Source: Phycisphaerae bacterium
GTDB taxonomy: Bacteria; Planctomycetota; Phycisphaerae; UBA1845
Reading direction: 5' to 3'
Length of the DNA: 64,000 nt
Assembly: GCA_963666835.2 (NCBI GenBank)
Contig: CAXXGO010000005.1
Span: 1-64,000, forward strand
Both the position numbers and the translations under genes were made by a program. Each line of letters starts with the position of its first letter. Position 1 is the first letter of the stretch. The notes beneath the pieces are model-generated. The model did not search any database, was not told where the DNA came from, and saw nothing but the letters and a program-made list of their open reading frames with translations. Positions 44,387 to 54,321 of the stretch are shown piece by piece.

Positions 44387-47300
44387 TTCTGTTCCACCAA
44401 CGCCTGAGTCTTTATCGCGCAGTCGTTGATAAGCTTCTTCTGGAGTTCAGAACTAAACCCAAGGTGCGATTCGCCGGGCTCTACCGACGGGAGCACCCTT
44501 ACAGGACATCGTTTCCACTTCCAGCCGTCGATCGCCTCTGCCCAGAAAGACGACGACCACCAGGGATCGACGCAGGCTTTGCACCGATATCGATACCAGA
44601 TGCTAAAACCGCCCTTGCGTGTGAAGGCGCGGATCAAAGGAACTGCCGCAATCGCCATCGAATTCTCCTCGAAGTACTTTGGCGCGTTCCATTTGTTGCA
44701 TTCAAACACAATGGGACCCTTGAAGGATTGGGCGTATGTCACAGCCATGTAGACGTCGGCAGCAGCCAACGAGAATCCAACGTACTTCGCTTCGTCCGGA
44801 TTAAGTAATCCGGGAACGACCTGCGTTTCCAAGTCGTAACAGACGTCACCTTCGTTGCACAGTCCACGTGGATCGCGGTTGTTGACAGGGCGTCCGCTGA
44901 GGTACTGGTAGAGGTTCATTCCATCGCCATACTGAACTCTGGCGCTGAGCGAAAAACTCGTACCAAAGGTCTGGCCTCCGTAAGCTAAGCTGCAGCTCTG
45001 CCCCATTCCCGTCCCGTTCGGGTCCGCCTGCAGGAAGCGGCTTAGCAGCGGATCGTAATAGCGGGCGCGGTTATAGTAGAGGCCGGTTTCGCGGTCAAGG
45101 ATCAGGCCGTTGCGGCCGAGGGGGATCAGCAGCGCGGTTAGGTCGGCGTCCATGTTGTTATATCGCACGCCGGATCCGTCCTCGATGTGCTGATACGCAC
45201 CGTAGGGGGCGTACGAATACTGCTGCTCGAGGTATCCCTGGTGATCGGTCACGCCCACGACGTCGTAGTTGGCGTCCTGCAGCACGAAATGCGGGTTCGG
45301 ATCGGCGGAGCCGGTGTCGTAATACGCCACCACCTCATCGATATAATCCAACCCGTAAACGTACCGGCGATGCGGCTCGACGGCGGTCCCGGCCGCGTTG
45401 GTCTTGCGGTGCTCCAGCACGCGGTGGCCGTCGTAGTAGAAGTAGTCGCCGTCCCATTCTTGGTCTGAAGGATCGAACACGCCTTTGTAGATCCGCCGGC
45501 CGAGGGCGTCGTATTTGTACCAGGCGACAGCGCCGCCGGAAGTGCCGGTGAAGGCATCGCCGCTCACGGCCAGGGTGCCTCGCTCGTTGACGCGTACTAC
45601 CCGATTCCAGGCGTCGTACTTGTAGAAATGCTTGTTATCGAGGATCACGTTCCCGGCCTTGTCGTAGTGGAAATCGGTGGTGTCGAAAGAGGTCGGGGGC
45701 TGGGGATGTGCGTCATAGTGATGTTGCACGATCTGGTTCGTCGCGTCGGTATCGTGATGGGTATAGGCGGTAACGGTGTCACCGCTGGAGTACCCGGGAT
45801 TCCCGGACGAGAACGTGTAATCGATCACGCTTCGCTGATTCGTCTGGTCCCCGGACCAGTTTCCCAAAACGTCCAAATTCCACGCCCGGCCGGTCCCGCC
45901 GTTGTCTATCACCGGTACTGATGTATCGAGCACGCCCCGTTCGGCGTAGACCAGCCGGTTCAGATTGTCGTAGCCATACAGGAACGACCGATTGTTCGCG
46001 TGCCCGGCCTGGTTGATCTTGGCGTACGTGCGGTTGCCGTTGGCGTCGTAACCGTACTCGTAACGATGAAGGGTAGAGGCACCGTTGCGCTTGAAGCCCA
46101 TGCTGGTGATGCGGCCGAAGCGGTCGAGGGCGCTGGCGGTCGTGTAATCGAGCGCGACCGCGTTACCACCCCAAGCCTTCTTTACATTTCGCCCGCCGCC
46201 GGTAGCGGTATAGGCGATCAGCGGATTGCTCGTACCGTCGACCTCGGACACGCCGGTCATGCGGCCGATGGCGTCGGTCCAACTCTGGCCGTTGTACGAG
46301 AACTCCACCGCGAAATCAGCCGTGGCATCGAGCTCGTGCGGGTACGAGATGCCGGTTACGCGGTTCTGGTTTCCTTCCCACTGCCAGTTGTAATCGACCT
46401 TCCTGGTCATGGACTCTGACGCCGCGGTTCTCGGATTCAGCGTCTCGCTGATCAGGTTGCCGAAGGCGTCGTACTCGAAGAGCACTTGGTTGGACAGGGT
46501 GTCCGCGGAGCAGTACTGCTGGGCCGAGGTTAGCTGGCGTCGGGTGTTGTAGCCGAAGGCGAGGTGGTCGATGGTTTTATAGCAGGCGTCGGAGATGGAG
46601 GGTGGATCACCGGCCGGGTAGCTGACCCGCACCTCCGTCGGTTGATTCCCCGGCGAGGCCGAGCAGGAGGAACAGCCCGCGTTGCCGTCGTAATAGAAAT
46701 CAAGCGAGACGTCCCGCTGGTCCGTCCGCCGGGCGAGCCGGCCGTCGACGGTGTATTTGAACGTCAGGGCGTTGAGCGGATCCGGCTGCCCGGTGTCCCT
46801 GGCCGGGTACTGGATCACCCCGACCAAAGTCGGCGCGTGAGAGACCGCCGTGGACGGACTGTGGTCCGTCCCGTCGACGAGTTCCGCGCTGTAGACGTAG
46901 CGGGTGGCTTGAACCGTTGCGTTGGGGACGGTCACCTCGGTGGCCGCGAAGTCCGCGTCGGCGTCTTCGGTCCAGGTGATGGATGTCGGCGTGATGTCCA
47001 GGTAGGAGGCGGGGTTGCTGGGGATGATAGCAACCATCATGTCGGGCAGGCCGCCGCGGGTGTAGTGATGCGCGGTGTAGCGGACGGGGCCCTCGTAGTT
47101 CGCATCGCCCGGGTTCCAGTTTTCGGCCACCAGCAGGGTGTGCCCGAGCAAGTCGAACCAGGTCTTGGTGACGATGCCCTTGGGATCGCGGACGAAGTCG
47201 CGCCGACCGGCGGCGTCGTAGTCGTAGAGCGTGACGAGGGCGTTGCCAGTTAAGTTTGTGGTGCCGATCACGTACTTGGACCCGTCCCAAGTTGGTGCGT

Positions 47301-50300
47301 CAGGCCAGCCGCTCGGATCGCCTGTGAACCCGGTGGGCGGATTGAAGCTCGTCGTGTAGCCGGTCGCGGCGTTCGTGCCGAAGTTGGCCGTCGCGACAAG
47401 CCGCTTTGTGTACGGATCATACCAATTATAGGCGTATGTGATAAGAGCGCCGGAATAGGGGCCCATGATGCCCGTGGTGGCGTAGTCGTGCATGCGATCG
47501 CGGCGTATCTCGCAAAGCACGTTTCCGAAGGCATCGTACGTACGTTCTGTGCGGGTTAGCTCGTAGCCGCCGCAGGTGCCCGGGGTGTCGGGGTGCTCTT
47601 CACTGCAGAAGCTGGTGCGCACCACCCGGCCGAGCGAGTCGTACTCGTTGACCGTGATGCCGGTGGGAGTAAGGCTGGCCGTGACGCGGTTGAGGTCGTC
47701 GCGGAAGGTGCGGGTGTAGGTGTAGTGGTCGGGCGCGCCCGGCTCGTACGTTCTCTGTTCGTAGGTGCGGCCCCGCTCGTCGTACAGCGTTAGGGAAAGG
47801 GTCTGCGGGGTTTGCAGCCCCTCACGCGTGCAGACCTGGTTGACCGCGATTTCCGGCGCGAGTTTTGTCCAGGCTTCGATCTCGTCAAGCGTGGGGAGGA
47901 TGCCGTCGGGTGGCCAGGTGGCCACGATTACGGGGCGATCCAGATTGTCGAAGACCGTCGCGGTGGCCGAGAGCAGCGCGGGGTCGGCCCGGCCGTGCCC
48001 GGCGCCGTCGACAACAACCTCCTTGGTGATAACGGCTCGGCCGCGCCAGTCGTAGACGTATTGGGTGTCTCGGCTGGGCGTGTCTTCGTTGAAGGCGGTG
48101 TTGCAGGCTTCGGGGCTGTCGGTGAAGCGACGCGTGCGAACGAGCCTGCCGGCGTCGTAGGGGAAGTCTTCATTGCCGGGAACGCTTTGGTCGTTCGATT
48201 CGTAGTCCGGATCGCCGTCGTTGTAGAGGCGCTCTTCGGACAGGACCATATCGTCGTCCTCGGTCGCGAACACGCGCGGGAACCAGTCTGCGCAGCCGTC
48301 GGCCGAGCCGTTGAAGACCTTAGTGGGCCGGCGTTTTGAGTCGAACAGCATTCGTTTGATCGTGCCGTCCGGCTCCTTCTGCCGCGCGATGCGGTCTTCG
48401 AGGTCGTACGTGAATTCGCGGACGACCGTCCGGCGGTCCGGGCCGGAGTCTGGGGGCTGCTTGAAGTCGTTGTAGCTGATGTCGTGGGTCGGCTTGAGCG
48501 TGGAAGCCTGGCGGTATTCCTTGGCGGTCCGGGCGAGGGTGATGATCTGGTCGGCGGCACCCGGTGGCCAATTGATGGTCGTTTCATCTCCTTGGGTCTG
48601 GGTCGGAATGGGTGGCGTCCAATTCTCGGTGTTATTGCCCTGAACGTAACCCAAACAGGGAGTACTCGAGCCGCATGGTATCCAGTTATCGCCGGGGACT
48701 ACGCCGTCTTCGCCCGTCCAACCGGCTATCGCGCCATCGTGATCATAATCGAGAAGAGAGACGGCCCAGCCGAAATCGTCGATCTTGTCCGTCATGTTCT
48801 TGCCGGTCGCGCCCTGCCTGGCTGGGTTCCAGGCGATAACGCGCTGTTCGACGAACCTGCCGCCCTTGTCGACGACCTTCACGGTCGTCGTGCCGTGGAC
48901 CTGAACGTCGCTATTGCCCACGTGGACCCCGGTGTGCTCGATGGAGTATGAATAGGGGTCGCGCCATTGGAGGGAGACCGCTCCGTTAACCTCCTCATAA
49001 CGAATCGTCCGGTTGCTCAGAACCGCATAATCGGTTCTCGTCATGTCGCCTTCAACGAAGTCTGAAGCAGTCCACTCGTTGGATTCGATGGAGTGGTCAA
49101 GCCTGTCCAACACATCTGTCGTGAGCTGCCCCACGATCCGTGATGTCACTCTCTCCGAGGACCCCTCGCGAAGCAGCAGCGTGGTGATGTTCTTCGCATT
49201 GGCGCTGCCTTTCCGACCGTACGATCCGCCGGACGTAGGCCAGTTGAAGCCGGCTATTGCCGGCGTGATTCCGTCTCCTTCCTCGTCCACATGGATCTTA
49301 CCCGTGTCTATATCGCGGACTTCGATGATGTTCCGACCGGATTCGTCGTAGCCGGTGTAATCGTAATAGAACGGCATAGCCGGCTGGGGGGGGTCGTCAT
49401 CAGCACCGGCAACACCGGCACCGCGTCCGTGCAGGCGCAGCCGCCCGCTGCGGTCAAAATACCACAGCTCGAGGGCGATATTTCCGGTTCCGCCCTGATC
49501 TGTGCTGACAGCCTCCTCCCAGCGCCATTTCCATTCGACGGAGTTCTGGTGGTCATTCTTCTGATGGAACTCGTAATGGTAGTTCACCAGACTCACGCCG
49601 TCCTTGGTTGAATCGCCACTGGCGATTGCGGGGGGGATGGCATCATACGTGACCTCGGCGGCGTCTTGATTGTGCAGGTCGACGTAACGCAGGTAGTCGT
49701 TGCAAGTGCCGCCGTCGGGGCAGGAACAGCCGGAGGTGTCATCAGTGCACTCGGCCGCCTCTTCGTCCAGGCACGTTACCTCGGCACCGATTGTCCCGGC
49801 CGGGTCGTGAATACACCCGCTGGTGCTTTCAGTCGAGAAAGTCAAGTTGCTACCGGCCATAGGGGCGTAGTACGTTGCTTCGGTCTCGGGCAGGTCCAGG
49901 ACCGTCGGCTTATTTGGGCCCGAGCCCTCAGGCGTGCGCTCGAAGTGCTTCGTCAGGGTGACGACGTTAAGCTGATCCGGCGTCACCCGCTGGACCGGGA
50001 CATCTTCGACTACGTCGGGCGTCTTGCACTGCTGATTGTAGAGGTTTCCGCCGGCGGAGCCCTTCGCGATACCGGTAAGGACCGTGTGCCAGCCGCCTTC
50101 GCCGCCGAACAACTGCGTAAGCACTCGGCCGGTGGTTTTCACCGCGTGCTGTCCGCCGTCGCGGAGGGCGGCCACCCAACTTTCGTCGAAGACCTGTCCG
50201 GTCTGCCCGCGTTTGTTGACCAGTTCATACTGTTGGTCGTCCACCAGAGAGGTCTGGATGCCGTCGTATCCGGGCGTAAGAATAAGTCGATCGCTCAGGG

Positions 50301-53300
50301 CGATGCCGTAGTAGTTCATGACTACGACCCGGCGAGTCTTGACCTTGGCGGGCATGTAGAGGTAGTGCGAGGTCGTGTCGTATCCGTCAGCTATCGCGTC
50401 CCGGGTCTCCGCAGCGTCCAGGGTCAGGCGGAACTCATCTTCGTAGATGTAGAAGTCATTCCGCTCGTCGACATCACCGGGGATCTCCTCGTCCGTCTGC
50501 TCGACGATTTCGTCGACGATGGTGATGTTGTGCGGATCAGCGTACGAGGTCAGCTCCGCCCCCGCGTATACGCTGGAAGCGGCGCCCAGGTAGTCGAAAC
50601 GGTAGAGGTGCATCCCGCCGTCGCCGCCGCGGACACGGGCGGTCTTGATCAGGTACTTCCGGAACCGCGGCTGGGCGCCCGGAATACCAAGCTGAGTCAG
50701 CATCGTCGCATCGAAAGCGACCCCGTCGTAACAACTGCAAATGGGGTCCGGACAAGTGTGGCTGCGCTCGCCACATGCCAGGCGAGCGAAACACGCCCCG
50801 CAGTCGTTTCGAACCAGATCGCTGCAGTCCGGATCGGTGTGCATCTCGTCACTGTAACCGTCCTGCCAAAGGTACTCGCCGTCGCAGCCGTTCACTGGCA
50901 GATAGGCCATGGGGTTGTCGAGGTCCAACCTGGAACCGAGGTGATCCGCGCAATCGCCCACAAACGGCGGCTCATCGTAACAGTCCGGTATGCCCTCGTC
51001 CCCAAGCATGTAGGGGTTGTAGTACGTGTACCAGGTGGAGGCGTACATGATCAGCGCTTGCTGCGCACCCGCCGGCCCCACCGGAGCAGTGTCCGCCAAG
51101 CGGAGGATGTCGTCCGGCTCGTTGAGGTTCTCGTCCGCGTCGAGGATAGCCTGCACTGAAGGCGGATCAAACACGGCCTTGAGGAAGCCGGCATCGTTGT
51201 AACGATACAACCAGACCCGTTCGACGTAATTGTCGGGATTCGCAATATCGTCACGGACCCGCACGATGCGCTTAATCAGGTTGATTCCGGAGGGTGCTAC
51301 GGGGTCGAATACGGTAAGCTCGACGCCTTCCTCTTCGGTTTCCTCCTCTATTCGACCTTGTGGTCCGCGGAAGTCGGGATGCGGCAGGCAGTCGGGATGG
51401 ACGTTCCCCGCGAACTCATCGAATGCGCCGTTGTTGTTGATGTCCACAAACTCACCGGCATCCGCGATGCCGTCGTTGTTCGCGTCGTTGAACGGCTCCG
51501 TGAATGGCGGATGGTAGTAGTACTTCGGCACTTCCAGAGCAACCTGATTGCCCGCACCGTCACGGGCGGACAGCAGCCAATACGGATTGCTCCGCGCGTA
51601 CACGTACTGCACCTGATAGACCCAGGGGTCGGAAGCGGCTTCCTCCACCGGCAGGCAGTGCGCCGTCCGGTCGTTGCTGTCGGGCATAACGGCCCCGTCA
51701 GCTCCAGCCGTAGCCGGCAGGAACGGATGCTTGCCCGCGGCGCAGATGTCGTCCTTGTGAATCGCCCTGATGTGAACTAGCAACGGGTTATCCGTTCCGT
51801 CCTCGTCTATCATCCCGTCTTCATCATCGTCCCAGTGAGCAAACGGGTCCATGCGGTCCTTTGGATCGTTGCCCGTCGCCCCCGGACGCCAGTACAGTGG
51901 GTTGTCGCAGTGAATCACGCTGTCCCACGTTCCATCACCGTCAAGGTCGACAAATGCCTCGCCGTCGTCGTACTCGTGGTTGTTGTTGGCATCCGTATAT
52001 TCTTCCTCAAAGGAGTGGTCATGCGATTGCAGGATGACGCCCTCATCGTCGTAACACCGGCTGTCTATGGTCGTTCCGTTTTGCAGCAAGTCCTGGCAGA
52101 ATGCGCAATCAGATCTCCCCACCTTGAGATAGGCTTGGTACCCGTTCGTATCTTCGTCAATCAGCCCATCACCGTCATCGTCAACGCCCGCCTCACCGGG
52201 CTGCTCGTCTCCGTTGGTATCGCCGTCACGATCCACCACAGTTGTCGGTGGTGTCGCGTCATCTCCTAAGTGAGCCAGGGGGTCGCGGATTACGGCCACG
52301 TCCGTACCGTGATTATCGTAGAGCCATGCCCAGTATCTCGGGTTCAGGCACGGATCCCCTGAAGGAAGATCATCTTCATTCCCTGTGGCCAGAGGTTCGG
52401 CGTCTTCTGTCCCTGGATTACTCCAACACATTTCGACGGTTGTGTCCCCCGTCGCAACAGCCGCCTGGCAAGTTGCGCAATCCCAGTCGACTTCCGGATC
52501 GTCATTATACAAATAAGGAAGATTGCCACGGCTATCCTCATCTATGAGGCCGTCGCCGTCATCGTCGTGGTTGCGCTCGCCGGGAAAACCATCGTCGTTC
52601 GTGTCGCGTACGTTTATCTTCCTTCGTACGGCCCACGGTTCGACGTTGTCTGTGGTGCTGCCCCACACATGGAGATCGTCCCGAAAAGGCGCTCCGTTAA
52701 TGTCAAATGCGGTTTCGTCGTCCTTGCGACGGTAAGCCTGCACGGTCAGCAACGTCGTCTCGTCGAGAAGCTCGGGAAGCCTGCCAAACTCCCACTCAGA
52801 TTGAGGGAGATGCGAGTAGATGGACTTCCACTCACGCCAGGGCTCGGGCGTTTTCCACGGAGTGTCCAAAGGTGATATCCGATCGCTGTCCGGGTGTTCG
52901 TAGACGAAGGCGATCGTCCACTCCGGCTCATCTCCGTTGGCAATTGCATCCGCTGAGAAGAGCTCTACCGTTCGAAGTCGCTTATGCGGCAAACGCCAAG
53001 CGTTTGGGGTCGGACCATAGGCTTTGGGGATCAGTTTGGCGTACGTATCGTGGCTAAGATCAGCATCCCATGGGGGAATCTTGTAGTCCGTTTCCCAACC
53101 GTACTTGGGCACGCGGTCAAAGATAACCTGGTTTTCGTAGGCGTCGACGGCCCGCCTAGCAACGGATGCACCGGATACTGCTCCGCCGTCCACGGCACGC
53201 CCATTAGCGTCTCGGGTTACGTCCTGACGCGGCCAGGTTGCCGACCTTTCGAAGTCGATGCTGAGACTACCGCCGTCGAGTTCGAGGGTCTCGTACGTGT

Positions 53301-54147
53301 ATATGTTGTGATAATTGGGAAAGTACTTCCCCGCGATATGAACGGAATCACCGGTTTCGTCCGGATTGAAGAAGAGCTTCTTGTTGAATGCCGGTTTCAG
53401 CCCCCGGGCCTGAAACCAAGGCTCTCGAAACTCGAACGGACACTCGCCCTGCAATGCGCCGAGACGACCGGCTACCTTGCTGGCCTGATAGAGACCGCGA
53501 GCCAATTGCAGGTTGAACGACGATTGTATTCCACGAGGGCTCGTCCCCCCGGTAAGGCAAGTGATCGTCGGCGAGTGGGGCGCGGGTGTCAGGCCGGCAT
53601 CGCACATCGCCGGATAGTACTGCGTTTCGTGAGGGCATTGTTCGAAGGCCCAGTAGGGCTGCCCGGCAAGCCAACCAGCGCTGTAGCGATAGCCGTGCCA
53701 CGAGATGTCTTCTCCAGGGTGCCAGCGGGCCTCGGTCCACGGGAGGAAGAAGTCCCACGAGTGCTGCTGCAGGGTGCCGGCCGTGCCCACTTGTGGCGCG
53801 GGTTCGGGACTGCCCAAAGTACTCATCTGGTTGCGGTAGACGAGTGAGCCGGCGCGCAGCGTGAAGTTGAGCCCCAGTTGCGGCGCCGCTCCCGAGAATA
53901 GGATGACGCCGTCCTGTTGCGCCAGTTGAGTGTGCGGAGCCCGATCCGGATGGAGCATGCGGTCTTCCGGGCCGGGGCCCACGCACAAAAACGCCTTGCT
54001 CGGTGGGACGGAGTTCATGAACTTCGACAGCCCATCGCGCGTCGTTGTGTCAATGTCCGCGGTTACGCCGGCCGCATAGCCGAGCATGACTGCGGTAGCC
54101 GCCACCGTTGCCCATCTCCCGGACCCGTTACTCTGACAAATGGTCAT
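44356..54147 (-). CDS. Giant RHS/YD-repeat polymorphic toxin (3263 aa) with Sec-type signal peptide, Ca-binding/Cys-rich N-terminal region and ~168-aa C-terminal toxin tip
   Basis: Many YD repeats (YDERGR, YDSLGR, YDAFGN, YDANGNR, YDALGRR); RHS-associated core GLYYNRARYYDP..SRFLQADP; cleavage motif NLYQYLSGRPVNNRDPRG|L; N-terminal hydrophobic helix ending VTA. Confidence 0.93.
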   Translation of the reverse strand: MTICQSNGSGRWATVAATAVMLGYAAGVTADIDTTTRDGLSKFMNSVPPSKAFLCVGPGPEDRMLHPDRAPHTQLAQQDGVILFSGAAPQLGLNFTLRAGSLVYRNQMSTLGSPEPAPQVGTAGTLQQHSWDFFLPWTEARWHPGEDISWHGYRYSAGWLAGQPYWAFEQCPHETQYYPAMCDAGLTPAPHSPTITCLTGGTSPRGIQSSFNLQLARGLYQASKVAGRLGALQGECPFEFREPWFQARGLKPAFNKKLFFNPDETGDSVHIAGKYFPNYHNIYTYETLELDGGSLSIDFERSATWPRQDVTRDANGRAVDGGAVSGASVARRAVDAYENQVIFDRVPKYGWETDYKIPPWDADLSHDTYAKLIPKAYGPTPNAWRLPHKRLRTVELFSADAIANGDEPEWTIAFVYEHPDSDRISPLDTPWKTPEPWREWKSIYSHLPQSEWEFGRLPELLDETTLLTVQAYRRKDDETAFDINGAPFRDDLHVWGSTTDNVEPWAVRRKINVRDTNDDGFPGERNHDDDGDGLIDEDSRGNLPYLYNDDPEVDWDCATCQAAVATGDTTVEMCWSNPGTEDAEPLATGNEDDLPSGDPCLNPRYWAWLYDNHGTDVAVIRDPLAHLGDDATPPTTVVDRDGDTNGDEQPGEAGVDDDGDGLIDEDTNGYQAYLKVGRSDCAFCQDLLQNGTTIDSRCYDDEGVILQSHDHSFEEEYTDANNNHEYDDGEAFVDLDGDGTWDSVIHCDNPLYWRPGATGNDPKDRMDPFAHWDDDEDGMIDEDGTDNPLLVHIRAIHKDDICAAGKHPFLPATAGADGAVMPDSNDRTAHCLPVEEAASDPWVYQVQYVYARSNPYWLLSARDGAGNQVALEVPKYYYHPPFTEPFNDANNDGIADAGEFVDINNNGAFDEFAGNVHPDCLPHPDFRGPQGRIEEETEEEGVELTVFDPVAPSGINLIKRIVRVRDDIANPDNYVERVWLYRYNDAGFLKAVFDPPSVQAILDADENLNEPDDILRLADTAPVGPAGAQQALIMYASTWYTYYNPYMLGDEGIPDCYDEPPFVGDCADHLGSRLDLDNPMAYLPVNGCDGEYLWQDGYSDEMHTDPDCSDLVRNDCGACFARLACGERSHTCPDPICSCYDGVAFDATMLTQLGIPGAQPRFRKYLIKTARVRGGDGGMHLYRFDYLGAASSVYAGAELTSYADPHNITIVDEIVEQTDEEIPGDVDERNDFYIYEDEFRLTLDAAETRDAIADGYDTTSHYLYMPAKVKTRRVVVMNYYGIALSDRLILTPGYDGIQTSLVDDQQYELVNKRGQTGQVFDESWVAALRDGGQHAVKTTGRVLTQLFGGEGGWHTVLTGIAKGSAGGNLYNQQCKTPDVVEDVPVQRVTPDQLNVVTLTKHFERTPEGSGPNKPTVLDLPETEATYYAPMAGSNLTFSTESTSGCIHDPAGTIGAEVTCLDEEAAECTDDTSGCSCPDGGTCNDYLRYVDLHNQDAAEVTYDAIPPAIASGDSTKDGVSLVNYHYEFHQKNDHQNSVEWKWRWEEAVSTDQGGTGNIALELWYFDRSGRLRLHGRGAGVAGADDDPPQPAMPFYYDYTGYDESGRNIIEVRDIDTGKIHVDEEGDGITPAIAGFNWPTSGGSYGRKGSANAKNITTLLLREGSSERVTSRIVGQLTTDVLDRLDHSIESNEWTASDFVEGDMTRTDYAVLSNRTIRYEEVNGAVSLQWRDPYSYSIEHTGVHVGNSDVQVHGTTTVKVVDKGGRFVEQRVIAWNPARQGATGKNMTDKIDDFGWAVSLLDYDHDGAIAGWTGEDGVVPGDNWIPCGSSTPCLGYVQGNNTENWTPPIPTQTQGDETTINWPPGAADQIITLARTAKEYRQASTLKPTHDISYNDFKQPPDSGPDRRTVVREFTYDLEDRIARQKEPDGTIKRMLFDSKRRPTKVFNGSADGCADWFPRVFATEDDDMVLSEERLYNDGDPDYESNDQSVPGNEDFPYDAGRLVRTRRFTDSPEACNTAFNEDTPSRDTQYVYDWRGRAVITKEVVVDGAGHGRADPALLSATATVFDNLDRPVIVATWPPDGILPTLDEIEAWTKLAPEIAVNQVCTREGLQTPQTLSLTLYDERGRTYEQRTYEPGAPDHYTYTRTFRDDLNRVTASLTPTGITVNEYDSLGRVVRTSFCSEEHPDTPGTCGGYELTRTERTYDAFGNVLCEIRRDRMHDYATTGIMGPYSGALITYAYNWYDPYTKRLVATANFGTNAATGYTTSFNPPTGFTGDPSGWPDAPTWDGSKYVIGTTNLTGNALVTLYDYDAAGRRDFVRDPKGIVTKTWFDLLGHTLLVAENWNPGDANYEGPVRYTAHHYTRGGLPDMMVAIIPSNPASYLDITPTSITWTEDADADFAATEVTVPNATVQATRYVYSAELVDGTDHSPSTAVSHAPTLVGVIQYPARDTGQPDPLNALTFKYTVDGRLARRTDQRDVSLDFYYDGNAGCSSCSASPGNQPTEVRVSYPAGDPPSISDACYKTIDHLAFGYNTRRQLTSAQQYCSADTLSNQVLFEYDAFGNLISETLNPRTAASESMTRKVDYNWQWEGNQNRVTGISYPHELDATADFAVEFSYNGQSWTDAIGRMTGVSEVDGTSNPLIAYTATGGGRNVKKAWGGNAVALDYTTASALDRFGRITSMGFKRNGASTLHRYEYGYDANGNRTYAKINQAGHANNRSFLYGYDNLNRLVYAERGVLDTSVPVIDNGGTGRAWNLDVLGNWSGDQTNQRSVIDYTFSSGNPGYSSGDTVTAYTHHDTDATNQIVQHHYDAHPQPPTSFDTTDFHYDKAGNVILDNKHFYKYDAWNRVVRVNERGTLAVSGDAFTGTSGGAVAWYKYDALGRRIYKGVFDPSDQEWDGDYFYYDGHRVLEHRKTNAAGTAVEPHRRYVYGLDYIDEVVAYYDTGSADPNPHFVLQDANYDVVGVTDHQGYLEQQYSYAPYGAYQHIEDGSGVRYNNMDADLTALLIPLGRNGLILDRETGLYYNRARYYDPLLSRFLQADPNGTGMGQSCSLAYGGQTFGTSFSLSARVQYGDGMNLYQYLSGRPVNNRDPRGLCNEGDVCYDLETQVVPGLLNPDEAKYVGFSLAAADVYMAVTYAQSFKGPIVFECNKWNAPKYFEENSMAIAAVPLIRAFTRKGGFSIWYRYRCKACVDPWWSSSFWAEAIDGWKWKRCPVRVLPSVEPGESHLGFSSELQKKLINDCAIKTQALVEQKCATQKRCPE

Positions 54148-54321
54148 CGAATCACCCTCGCAACCCGGCGCCGAATGCGCCTTCCTCGAACATCCACTGC
54201 GTCTTTCCGCGTGGTCTATCGTTTCGTCCTCTTAATCCGGCGCGTGATCGCGTCGTTAATGCGTCCGCTCGTTCAACCGGCCGGTCGCCGACCCTGTTTC
54301 GCCGATGTCTCGTGCCTCCGG

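Noticed and set aside
42696..45449. Diversity-generating retroelement TR/VR pair
   Set aside because: No reverse transcriptase in the window, mismatches are not adenine-specific, and the repeat is explained by an RHS orphan module.
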